From Thraustochytrium aureum (lineage: Eukaryota), in NCBI GenBank assembly GCA_012862495.1, contig BLSG01000385.1, positions 111,399 to 165,013 on the forward strand: a stretch of 53,615 bases of DNA. Direction: 5' to 3'. The position numbers were made by a program, and so were the translations under genes. Shown here piece by piece: positions 1-11,339 of this stretch (position 1 is the stretch's first letter; each line of letters begins with the position of its first letter). The notes under the pieces were generated by a model. That model ran no database searches. It was not told the DNA's origin and saw nothing but the letters and a program-made list of their open reading frames with translations.

Positions 1-1
1 T

Positions 2-628
2 ATCCCACACTACTACCTGAACGCGGAGATTGACGTCTCGGCGCTGCTCGAGCTGCGCGACGAGTTGAACGCCAGCCTCCCGGCCGCCGAGCAGATCGCC
101 ATCAACGACTTTGTCGTGCGCGCAGCGGCACTCTGCATGAAGCGCGTCCCGGCCGTCAACGCCTCGTGGGGCAAGACCTTCATTCGCCAGTACGAGGACG
201 TGGACGTCAACTTGGCAGTTATCAACGCAGAGGAGGACGCCATCCTTATGCCGGTCATCCGCGGGGCGGACGCCAAGGGCCTCGCGGCGATCGCTCGCGA
301 GTCGCGCGCTATGCTTTCGGCGGCCTCCAGCGAGGAGCTCGACCTTTCGACGGGGACCTTTACGGTCTCCAACCTTGGCGCATTCGGCCTCAAGACCTTT
401 ACGCCGATCGTCCGCGAGCCGCAGGCTTGCAGCCTGGGCCTCGGCGCCATTTCGCGCAAGGCTGTTCCTGGGGAACTCGGCGAGGACGGCCGGGCGGCCG
501 TCAAGATCGTCAGCACTGTCACGGTCACGCTGTCCTGCGACCACCGCGTTGTGGACGGTGCGGTCGGAGCGGCCTGGCTGCAGGAGTTTAAGCAGCTCTT
601 GCAAAACCCGATAACCATGCTCTTGTAA
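2..628 (+). CDS. DLAT: Dihydrolipoamide acetyltransferase (pyruvate dehydrogenase E2), C-terminal catalytic domain; 5'-partial
   Basis: Frame is open from base 2 (IPHYYLNAEID...). Contains the E2 motifs GTFTVSNLG and TLSCDHRVVDGAVGAAWL with the catalytic His, and ends NPITMLL*. Confidence 0.9.
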   Translation: MPHYYLNAEIDVSALLELRDELNASLPAAEQIAINDFVVRAAALCMKRVPAVNASWGKTFIRQYEDVDVNLAVINAEEDAILMPVIRGADAKGLAAIARESRAMLSAASSEELDLSTGTFTVSNLGAFGLKTFTPIVREPQACSLGLGAISRKAVPGELGEDGRAAVKIVSTVTVTLSCDHRVVDGAVGAAWLQEFKQLLQNPITMLL

Positions 629-2472
629 CGGCAGTGGAGCCGCTGTGATTCGGGGATGGGCGGATAGCTGAGGGCCGAGCCCAGTTGGGGCCTCCAAGTA
701 ATGCGCGAGTCTCTCACTGCTTTTCCACCGTCCTCTGAAGTGCCCCCCGAAGTATGTAGCACATCCTCAACACCCAACGCCGCCGGGCTCACCGCCCCGT
801 CCGGCTGGGCTGCGGCCGTGCTGCGCCATGTGTAGTGCCGCCGCTGCGCCTTGTGCAGTGCCGCCGCTGCTTCGTTTTTGAGCCGCATTCTGGCTGGCCA
901 CATCATCTCTTGTGGCCGTTGCGCGAAGTTGAGGCTTGCGGTGGCGCGTGCCTCTGGCACCCCGACTCGTTTTGTCCGCGCCCACTTGGCCTTGTGCCTC
1001 CGAGCNNNNNNNNNNNNNNNNNNNNNNNNNNNNNNNNNNNNNNNNNNNNNNNNNNNNNNNNNNNNNNNNNNNNNNNNNNNNNNNNNNNNNNNNNNNNNNN
1101 NNNNNNNNNNNNNNNNNNNNNNNNNNNNNNNNNNNNNNNNNNNNNNNNNNNNNNNNNNNNNNNNNNNNNNNNNNNNNNNNNNNNGGAGAAAAGTGCTCCT
1201 CCTCCGCGTCCTTCAACGCCACGCCCTTGACGCGCGCGCACGTCCAACAACTTTCGGCCGTCAACTTTCGGCCATCAACTGATTTCAATTGAAAAAAAAA
1301 GGTCGGTGTCAAGGAGGACACGCGCCCTGCTCCACCTTGCACGCGGTCCACTGTGCCTTGTTATACTCAGCCCTACCGACTCAATTGACATTCTCGTACC
1401 AGACGCTGCGTTGTCGGCGAATCTTTCAGACAGTGGGATTCCCCGGCCCTCAAAAAGAGTCCGCGCTTGCCGGCAACTGCACGTATTCTTGTACTCTACC
1501 TATTCCCACTCTCTGGCCGCGCTGACGCGCAGCGATGTTGGAACAGCGCGAACTTCCCGCACGAGACCGAACGGCGAAAGCGCGGGTCACGCCGCGCTCG
1601 GAGGGGGATTCCGTCCCGGCAAACGCGCGCCTTGTGGCCAGGTCTCGTTGGCCTCGCAGTGACGCCAAGGGGGGTGGGTGACGCCTCTCTCATGGACCAA
1701 CTGGAACATTCCAGGACGACTCGATCGCGGCGCGCCTCCACCTGCTCGCCGTTCGCACAGAGAACATGGCGTGACAGCGCCAGTTCAGTTCAGAAGCACG
1801 GGACCGCGCGGCTGCTGCCGCGCAGCTGCTGCCACATATTCGGGGAAACGCCGCACAAAGCGGAGGCCCGCGAGCGAGCAGGGCCCGCCTCGCGAAACAG
1901 GAAGGACAACGAAGCAGCGCTGCGAACCGCGCGCGCCATGCATGCATGCATAGAGCCGCACTGCGCACGCGACTGCAGTGCATGCATGCTGGCCGCTTGC
2001 TTCTTCGTCTTCTTCTTCCTCCTCTTGGCTCATTGCTCTGCCGAGTGGCTCGATTTCCTCTCCGGTCGTTGGCCTGCTCCAGAGCGAGAAGGTACCTAAG
2101 GACGCAGATGCAGAGGAGATCGTGCGCGTTGTTGCGCGAGCGCTGAAAGCCTGAAACGCCGCCTCCCTACGGGTCCTCCTGCGGAGATGGCCGTTACCGG
2201 ACGGCTGTTGTCGCGACAGGTTGAGCATAACTGCCGGAAAGGGGGGTACTGGGCACCGCAAGGGGGGCCGGATCGAGGGGAGGGGGTAGTGGAGGAGTTG
2301 GGGACTGTTTGGCGGAGGGAGGAGCTTGATTTGGGAATGAGCGTCTGAGAGGCAAGCGTTGAAGAGAATCAACAGGCCCTCGGGAAGGGAATGGGACGCC
2401 CTGCCAGGGATGAGAGGGGCGAGGTGCCCGTCCGTTGGGCGCCGAGAGGGGGTTAGTTTGCGGCAGGGAAGG

Positions 2473-2570
2473 AGTTGTTTTTGTTGTTGTTTCTTGTTGT
2501 TGTTTTTGTTGTTGTTTCTTGTTGTTGTTTTTGTTGCTGTTTTTGTTGTTTTTTTGGTTGTTTTTTTCGC
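2473..2570. repeat. Imperfect (GTT)n microsatellite
   Basis: Run of gttgttgttt-type units upstream of the SYLF-like gene. Confidence 0.9.
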
Positions 2571-2793
2571 TTGCAATCGCGAACGAGAGCGCAACGAGAG
2601 AGCAACGAGCCCAATACCGATTGCGCGCATCGAGCGGGCTCATTGACGGAGCACCAGTCCCGAATCACCAACCGACGGCCTCGCAGCAGTCGAGCGCGCC
2701 AGATTGCAACTCTCTCGCAGGGCGCTGCTGCAAGCAAGGACCAGGACAGGGCAGGCAGGAGAGCCTCAGGTGAACGGCCGACCCGAGAGCAAG

Positions 2794-3657
2794 ATGACCA
2801 CGCTCAACACGCAGCTGGTCCGCATGCAAAAGGTGCTGGCGGTCATGGAGGACAAGTCGCACCCGTCGATCATCCCCCCGCAGCTCCTGCGCGAGACGCG
2901 CGGGATCATGTTCTTCAAGAAGATCGCAAGGGGCAAGCAGACGGCGGCCAACTCGCAGGGGCTCTTCATGCGCCGCAAAGGCGACAAGTGGTCGCAGCCC
3001 GTCGCCATCCAAATCCAAAACTCGGACCTCTACTGGGGCAACGCGCCGCGCGTGGACCGCTCGGACGTCTTCATCCTCATCCAGAACGAGGAGCTCGTGG
3101 ACAACTTTGGCTGCTTTGGCCAGATCGGCTTCGACGACAACTCCTGCAACAAGATGAAGAAGGGCGTCTGCATCGAGAACTCCGAGCTCTCCTTCCTCAA
3201 GTTTGCCACCGTGCTCAGCGAGCGCCCCGACCTGGTCGACGGCGCCGCGTTTTCCTACGGCCTTTTCAACGGCCACTTCTTCCCTGTCCACCTCGAGAGC
3301 CCCATCTTCCAGTTCCGCGAGAGCAGCAACGCCAAATTCTACCTCAGCTCCCGCGACCTCGACCTCCCCAGGCTCCTCCAGCAGGGCGTGGTCATCGCCG
3401 ACGTGTCCAAGTGCCAGCTCATCGGCCAGGTCCACGCGCTCCTGGGCCGCCATTTTGACGTGCGCAAGCGCTTTCCCGAGTACGCAGACGCGGGCGAGTC
3501 GCCCACGCGGCAGCCCGAGTCGGCCTCTGCCTCGCCAGACCCCGCCTCCAGCTCACCGCTCACGGGCGCGAGCTCCTCCTCGGACGGCCCGGCGTTCGGC
3601 CGCCAGTGGTCCTCGAGCACCTGCAGCTCCCAGGGAAGCGACTCGGACGCGGACTTT
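2794..3657 (+). CDS. Divergent SYLF/Ysc84 (SH3YL1-like) lipid/actin-binding domain protein; 3' end lost in gap
   Basis: ATG at 2794 with strong GC3 bias. Segments IPPQLLRETRGI, KWSQPVAI, DVFILIQNEELVDNF and FSYGLFNGHFFPVHLES...RESSNAKFY parallel the SYLF consensus (IP..ak.kG, WSaPsAi, d.v.il....av..F, y..s.GlFaGvsleG..ER...N..FY). A Ser-rich tail follows. Confidence 0.6.
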
Positions 3658-4249
3658 NNNNNNNNNNNNNNNNNNNNNNNNNNNNNNNNNNNNNNNNNNN
3701 NNNNNNNNNNNNNNNNNNNNNNNNNNNNNNNNNNNNNNNNNNNNNNNNNNNNNNNNNNNNNNNNNNNNNNNNNNNNNNNNNNNNNNNNNNNNNNNNNNNN
3801 NNNNNNNNNNNNNNNNNNNNNNNNNNNNNNNNNNNNNNNNNNNNNNNNNNNNNNNNNNNNNNNNNNNNNNNNNNNNNNNNNNNNNNNNNNNNNNNNNNNN
3901 NNNNNNNNNNNNNNNNNNNNNNNNNNNNNNNNNNNNNNNNNNNNNNNNNNNNNNNNNNNNNNNNNNNNNNNNNNNNNNNNNNNNNNNNNNNNNNNNNNNN
4001 NNNNNNNNNNNNNNNNNNNNNNNNNNNNNNNNNNNNNNNNNNNNNNNNNNNNNNNNNNNNNNNNNNNNNNNNNNNNNNNNNNNNNNNNNNNNNNNNNNNN
4101 NNNNNNNNNNNNNNNNNNNNNNNNNNNNNNNNNNNNNNNNNNNNNNNNNNNNNNNNNNNNNNNNNNNNNNNNNNNNNNNNNNNNNNNNNNNNNNNNNNNN
4201 NNNNNNNNNNNNNNNNNNNNNNNNNNNNNNNNNNNNNNNNNNNNNNNNN

Positions 4250-5710
4250 AACGACCGCTACGACAAGGTCATGGACTCGGTGCAGGCCTTCATGGAGGCG
4301 CCCGGGCGCCGCGACGTCAAGGTCAATCAAGTCTTCACCCAGCGCATGTTCGACGAGCTGGCCACCTCCATGAAGGCTCTGGACAACTTTGACGACAAGG
4401 CCATCGCCGAGACCGCCAAGCTCTGGAAGTCTGACTTTAGCCAGCGCCGCATCATCAGCGGCTTCCTCAAAGACGGAACGCTCGGCAAGAAGCGCCTTGC
4501 GTCCATGCCTGACCGCGTCACCAACACAATCCCGCTCAAAGACGGCTCCTTCGCGTACCGGCCGACGGTGATTAACTGCTTTGACAAGTCTCTCGCTTCC
4601 GTGGACGAGTGGTGGAGCCGCTGGCGCGCGTTCATGTTTTCGGACAAAATTGACTCGGTCAAGGCCGGCGCGGTGCGTCCCGCCGACATGCTCGCTACCA
4701 TCCCGCGGGCAAAGTACCCCGCGCTCTCTGCCGACGAAGAGCGGATCAGCGTCCCGCTGCAGACCCTCTGCTGCGCAATATTTGACGCCATTCTTGTCCA
4801 CATGCTCACAGTGCTGGACGGCGAGCTCAGCACAGGCGACTGGGAGACCGAGACCGACTCGTGGCAAGCGATCCGGTCCACGCTCTGCAAGGGCATGAAC
4901 CTCAAGAAAAACGACCGCATCATCGAAATCCTCACGTCGCAGTACATCGGTCGCGACCTCGTCTGCTTGCAAGAGGTCGCCGGCGCCTTCATCGAGCGCG
5001 CCAAGGCCAACGCCGACCTCGCCGCCGCGTTTCATATCGTCGCGCCGCAAAAGCGGAGCCGGAGTGACCAAAACTCTGTGCTTCTCCTCTCAAAGGCCCG
5101 CTTCCCCGCCGGCGTCACGGAGGACGTCACCAACAGGCTCAAGTTTGAGGACCCCAAGGCCATCGCGCCGGGCGACATTACTCTCATTCGCGCCACGGAC
5201 GCCTTCGGCAACGACTTTGCGCTCGGCTCTTTCCACGGGGACACCAATGGGCTGGCGAGCATCCCGCTGGTCAAGGCCGTGGTCCGCGTTGTGCTTCCGC
5301 GCGAAAACCTCGTGCTTGGCCTCGACGCCAACACCTACCGCAGCGGCGAGCAGGGCAAGCGCCAAGGGGTTCTCGAGTTTGCCGAGGCCTACCGCGCCCT
5401 GGGACTAAACTCGTGCTGGGGCCCGGTGCCCAACCCGCACGAGCTCACGACCTACAACGCTCGCACGTTCCTGCAGCCTCAGCTCAACAAGGCCTCGGCC
5501 AAGTCTGAGGTCGATTCCAAGGGCGATGCAAACCCCAAAGACTTTATCCTCTTCAAGAAGGGGTGGATCGTTCCGAAGGCGGTTTTCAAAGACAACACGG
5601 GCCGTGGTCCCGAGGCGAATGCATATGAGGAGGGCATGGTCTTTCCGACGCTAGAATTCCCCTCGGACCACGGCATACTGTCCGCCACCCTCGAGCTCGT
5701 CAAGGAGTGA
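4250..5710 (+). CDS. Endonuclease/exonuclease/phosphatase (EEP, DNase I-like fold) family protein; 5' end in gap
   Basis: EEP motifs in order: VCLQEV, SFHGD, LGLDAN, KDFIL, FPSDHG. Strong codon bias; stop at 5710. Confidence 0.8.
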   Translation, partial: NDRYDKVMDSVQAFMEAPGRRDVKVNQVFTQRMFDELATSMKALDNFDDKAIAETAKLWKSDFSQRRIISGFLKDGTLGKKRLASMPDRVTNTIPLKDGSFAYRPTVINCFDKSLASVDEWWSRWRAFMFSDKIDSVKAGAVRPADMLATIPRAKYPALSADEERISVPLQTLCCAIFDAILVHMLTVLDGELSTGDWETETDSWQAIRSTLCKGMNLKKNDRIIEILTSQYIGRDLVCLQEVAGAFIERAKANADLAAAFHIVAPQKRSRSDQNSVLLLSKARFPAGVTEDVTNRLKFEDPKAIAPGDITLIRATDAFGNDFALGSFHGDTNGLASIPLVKAVVRVVLPRENLVLGLDANTYRSGEQGKRQGVLEFAEAYRALGLNSCWGPVPNPHELTTYNARTFLQPQLNKASAKSEVDSKGDANPKDFILFKKGWIVPKAVFKDNTGRGPEANAYEEGMVFPTLEFPSDHGILSATLELVKE

Positions 5711-5943
5711 CCGCTGCGTTTTGTGCCTCGTCCACTGCGCAGGCTGAGCCAACCGTGGCAATCGGATCGGAAAGGAGGCTGCCTGCACAGAGGGTATCCG
5801 ATGGAATGTGCTTGCAAGCGTGCACGGGCCCCTTCAGGGTAACGCAAGAACAATCGCCGTCCATCTTTAGCGAAATTGCGCAACGAGTGTAGTCTTGCCT
5901 GGGCCACGAGGCGATCTCAACGAAAAACACAGTTTATCCAGTT

Positions 5944-7303
5944 TTAAACCAGTTGCAGCTCGGCGACCAGACCAAAGTGGTCGCTCGGCAATACCGGCGT
6001 TGCGCGTCCCTTCAGCATCCGTGTCGCCCCCGGGACCGCGTCCCTGCCAACGATCCTAGCCCCGACAACTTGGAGCTGGCCCGCGCCATCGCCGAGCCCC
6101 TTGCTGCGAACAAGGATCCGGTCAAGCCGCCCTTGGAGCGTGCCGCTCATCATCGGGTTGGCCACAGCGTTGTACGTGCAAGAGTCCTCCCAGCTTGCTG
6201 TAGGGCAGGCCACTTGCCAGGCGTCGGCCCAGCCCTCTCCGAGCGGCATTGGGCCGTCCTGCAACTTGGTCAGCTTGGCCGGGTTGCGCTTGAACGGGCG
6301 CCCGCCCTCCTGTCCAGTTCATGTCGCCAAGAAGCACGCAAGGCGAGCCGGGGCGCTCGAGGAGCGCAAGCGCCTGTGCAATTTGATTCTTGCGCGCAGC
6401 GCTCTTCATGGCCTCGCCGTAAAAGGGCGGCACGGGCGACTCGAGGTGCGTCGTTCCAACGACGATTTGCCGGACCTCGCCGTTCCTCGTGGCGACAGTC
6501 AGCTGCCCGTACAGCAAGCACCGCATCATCTCTGAGCGGTCATAGTGACGTTCTTTGCACATATCCCACGGCACGCGGGCAGCGATGGCGCAAAAGTAGG
6601 GCGGCACGCCCCCGGAAGCTGAGGCCTTGGTCTGGACTTTTGTGTGGTAGCCCCGCGCTTGCAACGGTCGCGCCAGCAGTCGCAGGATGTTGGCCGTCAC
6701 TTCCTGCAGGCCAAGCACGAAAGGCTTTTCGCTGTCAACCACCTCCAGCAGCCCGCGCAGCCTGGCGGCGAGCGCCACGTCCTCCTGGAACCAAACATTG
6801 TAGCTAAGTACCTTGAGCGGCCCACTCACTACGTGGGCGGCCCTCCCCTCGCCCACTGGCTCGGGCCGCAGAGCCGAGCCGCGAGCGCGCTCGGCGCCGC
6901 GAGCCTCCTTGAATTGTTCCGCGGCCTCCTTGAATTGTTCCGCGGCCTCAAGCTGCAGCTCGGGCGGGAGGCTGAAGAAGACCGACTCGTCGAGGCCTTG
7001 CGGGCACTTGAAGCCTCCCGCTGCGCCCGTGCCTTCTGCTCTAGGGTCGGCCGCTCCAGCATGTACGACTGCGGCGTTTGCCACGCCTGCGACTTGAGCC
7101 GTCGCGTTGGCCTTGGCCGCTTTTTGGGGCGGTGACTCGCTCACGTCGGCGACCTCTGCGAGCTTGCGTTTGCCCCCAGCGACGACCTCTTCGCGCGTGC
7201 GAGCGGGCGCCCCGCTTTGCGGCCCGCTTTGCGGCCCGCTGCCGGGTCGAAGCCTGAGCTGCAACACGAGCTTCGGCGCCTCCGTCTCGTTCTTCTTCTC
7301 CAT
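5944..7303 (-). CDS. TDP2: Tyrosyl-DNA phosphodiesterase 2-like EEP enzyme with N-terminal ubiquitin-binding-like motif; frame break near 6260-6315
   Basis: LSYNVWF..(A)RL, GLQEV, TTHLES and LLGDMNW lie in ORF 6122..7657. DGPMPL..GWADAW, TYN...NPM, RLDRIL and LPSDHFGL lie in ORF 5944..6264. Probable start MEKKNE at 7303. Confidence 0.8.
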
Positions 7304-7692
7304 CCCGCCTAGGTCCTCCTCGCGCGCCGCAGCCTCTCTCGACGCGCCGAGCCGCCCTCGTAGGCAGATCACGCTCTGCCTGCGGGCGACCTGCGCGACG
7401 AGACGGCGAGACCCCAAGGCGCACGGGAGGAAGGATGGATAGATGGACGCTGACGGGGATCGCCCGCCGGGCAATGCGCCCGTCTCCACACCTCGCAGCG
7501 CTCGGAGAAACGACCAGCTGCTCAAGCCGCAGCGCGCACTGGTGCAGTCTCGGCCGATTCGCAGCGTTGCGGTGCGGAGCGACGGAGCGGGTCCGAGCGC
7601 GGCCATCCAGGTTTGGAATGCAAGCGCCGTCTGGACATTTTGCCACGCTCGAAGCAACGCGGCGCTAGGTAGTTTGCTCGCCGCTGGCGCCG

Positions 7693-9257
7693 ATGCCGCG
7701 CGCTGGAGCCGGGCGCGGGCAGTGGGCGCCCAGCAGGGCCGCTCGCCTGCTTGCGGTCGCTTGGGCGGGCCTGGTTTGGTGGGGAGAGGCTGGCTCGTTC
7801 ATGCTCTCTGCGTGCGAGTGGCCCGGCACGCACCTCGGCCGCCCAAGTCGGCTCAGGAGCGCAGCGCCCGAGGCCGAGCCGCGCGACGTGCTGCGCGTGG
7901 CGGTCGTGGCCGACCCCCAGCTGACGGACTTTCTCTCGTATGGGCAGCAGGAGGGCGGCCTGGCGCTGGCGCTCACGAAGGCTAGCAGCGACATGTATAT
8001 GCGTCGCGCGTTTAGGCACACTGTGGCCGCCGCCGGGCGCCCCGACCTCGTCGTGTTCGCTGGCGATCTCATGGACGGCGGTCGATTGGCGACGGAGGAG
8101 CAGTTCCGTGCCAGCATGGCCCGCTTCGAGCGCATCTTCGGCAAGGTCGACCCCAAACGCGACATTTTCGTCGCCGGGAACCACGATGTCGGCCTAGGCC
8201 GCTGGTTCTCGCCTAAAGCTGCAGAGCGGTACGAGACGAACTTTGGGCCTCGCGCTTCCGAGCGCTCGGTTTGCGGCCATCGCTTCGTCGCGGTGGACGC
8301 GCCAGCGCTTGCGCACGGCCGGTCAGTTCGAGTCGACAACACATTGGGCGCGAAAGGGCTGGATGCTGCAGACGTGCTGCGGTTTGCGCAAGAAGCGGGC
8401 AAGTCTGCTCGTGCCGCATCCGAGCCAGTCGTGCTCGTGTCGCACATCCCTTTGTGGCGCCCAAATGGCGCGCCATGCGGCGACGGCCCGCCGCGGCAAA
8501 AGCCGCTCGTGAAGCAGGGCGGGGCATTTCCTATCAGAACCTGCTGGCGCGAGACGTCTCTCGCCGATTGCTCGACGAGCTCCGCCCCGAGCTCATTCTA
8601 AGCGGGGACGACCACGACAACTGCCTGTTTTTACACGACCTATGGGACGGGGGGCGCTGGCGCAAGGTTCCAGAGCAAAACCTTGCCACTTTCAGCTGGC
8701 TGCAAGGCGTGCGGCGCCCAGCGGTCGGTCTAATCACGCTCGCAGGGTGCTCGGGTGGCCGCCCGGCGCTTGCATTTTCTGTGTGCCAGCTCCCCGACCA
8801 ACTCCTCATCTACATCCGCTACGCACTTGGAGCGGCCGTGTCGCTCGTCGCGCTTGTTCTGTACCACGCCGCTGGACGAGGCAAGGGCAGGCTCGGCGAT
8901 TCAGGGGCGTCGCGCCGCGACTTGCTTCCAGTGTATCTCGAGCCTCCTGAAGTCAGCCCGCGCTTGACCCCTTCTCTCCGGCGGCGCCCGTCAACGGACT
9001 CGATTCTCCTCGATGCGGCGGAAGCCGGATTGGCCGCGAAGGGGGGCTCCCGCTTGCGCCCACCCAGCGCAGCAAAGCTCGCCGCCATGAAACAGAATCA
9101 AGCCGCGGGACGCGATCGAACGCACTTGCCCTCGAAGCGCAGACGAGAATGTTGCTCTTGCAGCAGACGGCAAGCCATCGCTGCCGCACTCGACGTGTGT
9201 TTCGTGACGGGGCTCGGACTGGGGTGGTTCTTGCTCCTCTGCCTGACTGTTGCGTGA
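7693..9257 (+). CDS. MPPE1: Metallophosphoesterase MPPE1/PGAP5/Cdc1-like (GPI remodelling); 1-nt frameshift near 8520
   Basis: N-terminal TM segment, then VADPQL, GDLMDGG, GNHDVG and SHIPL in one frame. RGISYQNLL, LSGDDHDNC, TFSW and two C-terminal TM segments are in the next frame. Adding one C at ggc[c]ggggc joins them. Confidence 0.85.
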
Positions 9258-9369
9258 CAAAGATCCACAGCCAGTCGGTCTACTCCAAGTTTTAACTACG
9301 CCGTGCGGTTGGGGTGTGGTTGGTGGGGGGGGGCTTCATCAGATCTGGCCCCACCTTCTTGGTGCGAGG

Positions 9370-11008
9370 CTAGCGGGGCATCATCACGCCGGCTGGGCAG
9401 ACTTGGGCGATTTTCTTCCTCAGTGCATCAACGTGCGTCGAGTCGCCTTTGGCATTTTCGTACCAGTCCAAAAGCGGCTCGACCGCGCAGCAAAAGCGGG
9501 CATTCATCGCGCCGGCGCCTTCCGCGCAGGCCATCTGGGCGCTCCTGCCGGAGATGATCCGCTTGAAGGTAATAAAGCGCACGACCATAGCCGGAAGCGC
9601 AAGGTCGTTCGCAAAAGCGACGCCGACCTTCTCGATCTCCTCGATTCCGCGCGCCCCCCCCGGCTTTCTCGAGTAGGAGACTATGGATCTCATTCAGAGG
9701 TTCCTGATTGCAAAACCCAGAACTGATGTCCAGCAAGACCTTGGAGTTTCCACCCCAAAAAACCGCGTTCGTGTGCGCCAGCCAGCCCAGGACGCTGCCG
9801 AGAATGTAGACGGTCGTAATTCGCCAATACTGCTCTTCCCCCTTACAGACAAACTGCTTGGTTTTCTCCACGAAGCCCTCAAGCCGCGAGCAAGCCTCTT
9901 CCACGCTGCGCACAATGCCCTCGCGATACACATCAAAGTACGACAACAACGGCTTCTGCATCGCCATCCGGCCGAGCCTTGTCGCAGCTGGGTCCGGGAA
10001 AATAATCTCGGGAACGCCGAGCTCCGCCGTCGCAAAGGCCTTGCTGCTTTTCTTTTCTTCGGACCGCGTCACAAAAGCACATTTTGGCAGAGATCCAGGC
10101 TGTGCGCTCGGATTCGGGTTCGCCAAAAGCTCAACCTCAAAGCGGCTCTTGACTAAACGTAGGGCCTCCAACATAGCCTGCCCAACGCGCAAGCCCGGGA
10201 CGTTCTCGCATTCATCGTCCTCGGCCAGGACATCCTCAGCTGTCGTCGCGGACACGGTTTCTCCAAGCGCCGTCGCGCGTAGCGCTCCTCGCGTCTCATG
10301 AAGGAGGCTTTCGAGGAAGCCCCCGCTCTCTTTGCTCCGCCAGTCTTCCACCTCAGCGAGCGATCGCCAACAAAACATCGCGGGGGAGTCGTTTCCTCGT
10401 AGCGCCATAATCTGGTTTGCGATCCGCTCGCTATCGCTGAAATGCAAAAACGCAGCCTGAGCTTGGAGCCCCTCGTGCCCAAACAGCTCCAAAACAGTTT
10501 CCTTGTTCTTGGCAATCTGATCGCTCCAAATCGTTTCAGAAACCAAGATGACCACAACTCGCGCGGACTTGTTCAGCAACGCGCGATCGCGAGACCACAC
10601 GCCTTTCGATTGTGCTTTCTTCTCCACCTCTCGCACCGTATTGTCTTCGTCCCTCTGAAAGGTTCGCTCCGCCCAGGAAACCTTCTGGTCCACTTTGCGC
10701 CATTCTGCAAGACTGCGAGCCACGATGCGAGCCACTGTCATCCGGTTCGAATGCGGCACGGCTGCGTCTTGTTCACGGAGATCAAACGCAATCTGCGCAG
10801 CCCTTTCCTCCAGCTTTAACAGCGACTCGGACAGCTGCCGAACCGCAGTCACCACCAGGACCAGCACGCCAATCCCCTCCATCGTCGCCTCCTTCTCCTT
10901 GGCCCCATTCGCCGCTTCCACTTGGCCGCTCGCCGCTTCCCCGCTCCCGTCCTCCATCACAGCGTCCAGCGCGGTCTCGACTCCAGCCGCCAGCCGGGCG
11001 CGGCCCGT
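9370..11008 (-). CDS. Hypothetical protein (~530 aa) with one frameshift at the G-run near 9654-9661; an upstream exon may lie in the gap
   Basis: A 510-aa ORF and a 107-aa ORF join by removing one G (EKAGG|ARGIEEIEK). An acceptor-like ctgag...cctag lies at about 11009-11030 on the minus strand. Confidence 0.55.
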
Positions 11009-11339
11009 CTAGGCCCCAGCCGCCCAGCTCAGNNNNNNNNNNNNNNNNNNNNNNNNNNNNNNNNNNNNNNNNNNNNNNNNNNNNNNNNNNNNNNNNNNNN
11101 NNNNNNNNNNNNNNNNNNNNNNNNNNNNNNNNNNNNNNNNNNNNNNNNNNNNNNNNNNNNNNNNNNNNNNNNNNNNNNNNNNNNNNNNNNNNNNNNNNNN
11201 NNNNNNNNNNNNNNNNNNNNNNNNNNNNNNNNNNNNNNNNNNNNNNNNNNNNNNNNNNNNNNNNNNNNNNNNNNNNNNNNNNNNNNNNNNNNNNNNNNNN
11301 NNNNNNNNNNNNNNNNNNNNNNNNNNCGGTGCCAACGTT

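Noticed and set aside
13..960. 315-aa minus-strand ORF and the many other antisense or overlapping ORFs in the track
   Set aside because: Shadow ORFs of GC-rich coding sequence with no motifs, lying opposite recognisable genes.
1248..1280. 14-bp tandem caactttcggcc(g/a)t repeat, and the ATGC-type palindromic run near 1938-1990
   Set aside because: Short simple duplications with no supporting context.
1785..2646. Poly-Q/N/K/T or poly-hydrophobic ORFs over the GTT repeat
   Set aside because: Translations of a microsatellite in all frames.
2704..5710. Apparent long ORFs spanning N runs (2704..4392, 3203..5710, also 29817..32441)
   Set aside because: Continuity comes from N runs lacking stop codons. 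A SYLF-EEP fusion cannot be supported.
6904..6947. 21-bp in-frame duplication (EAAEQFK x2) in TDP2
   Set aside because: Ordinary slippage in a linker region.
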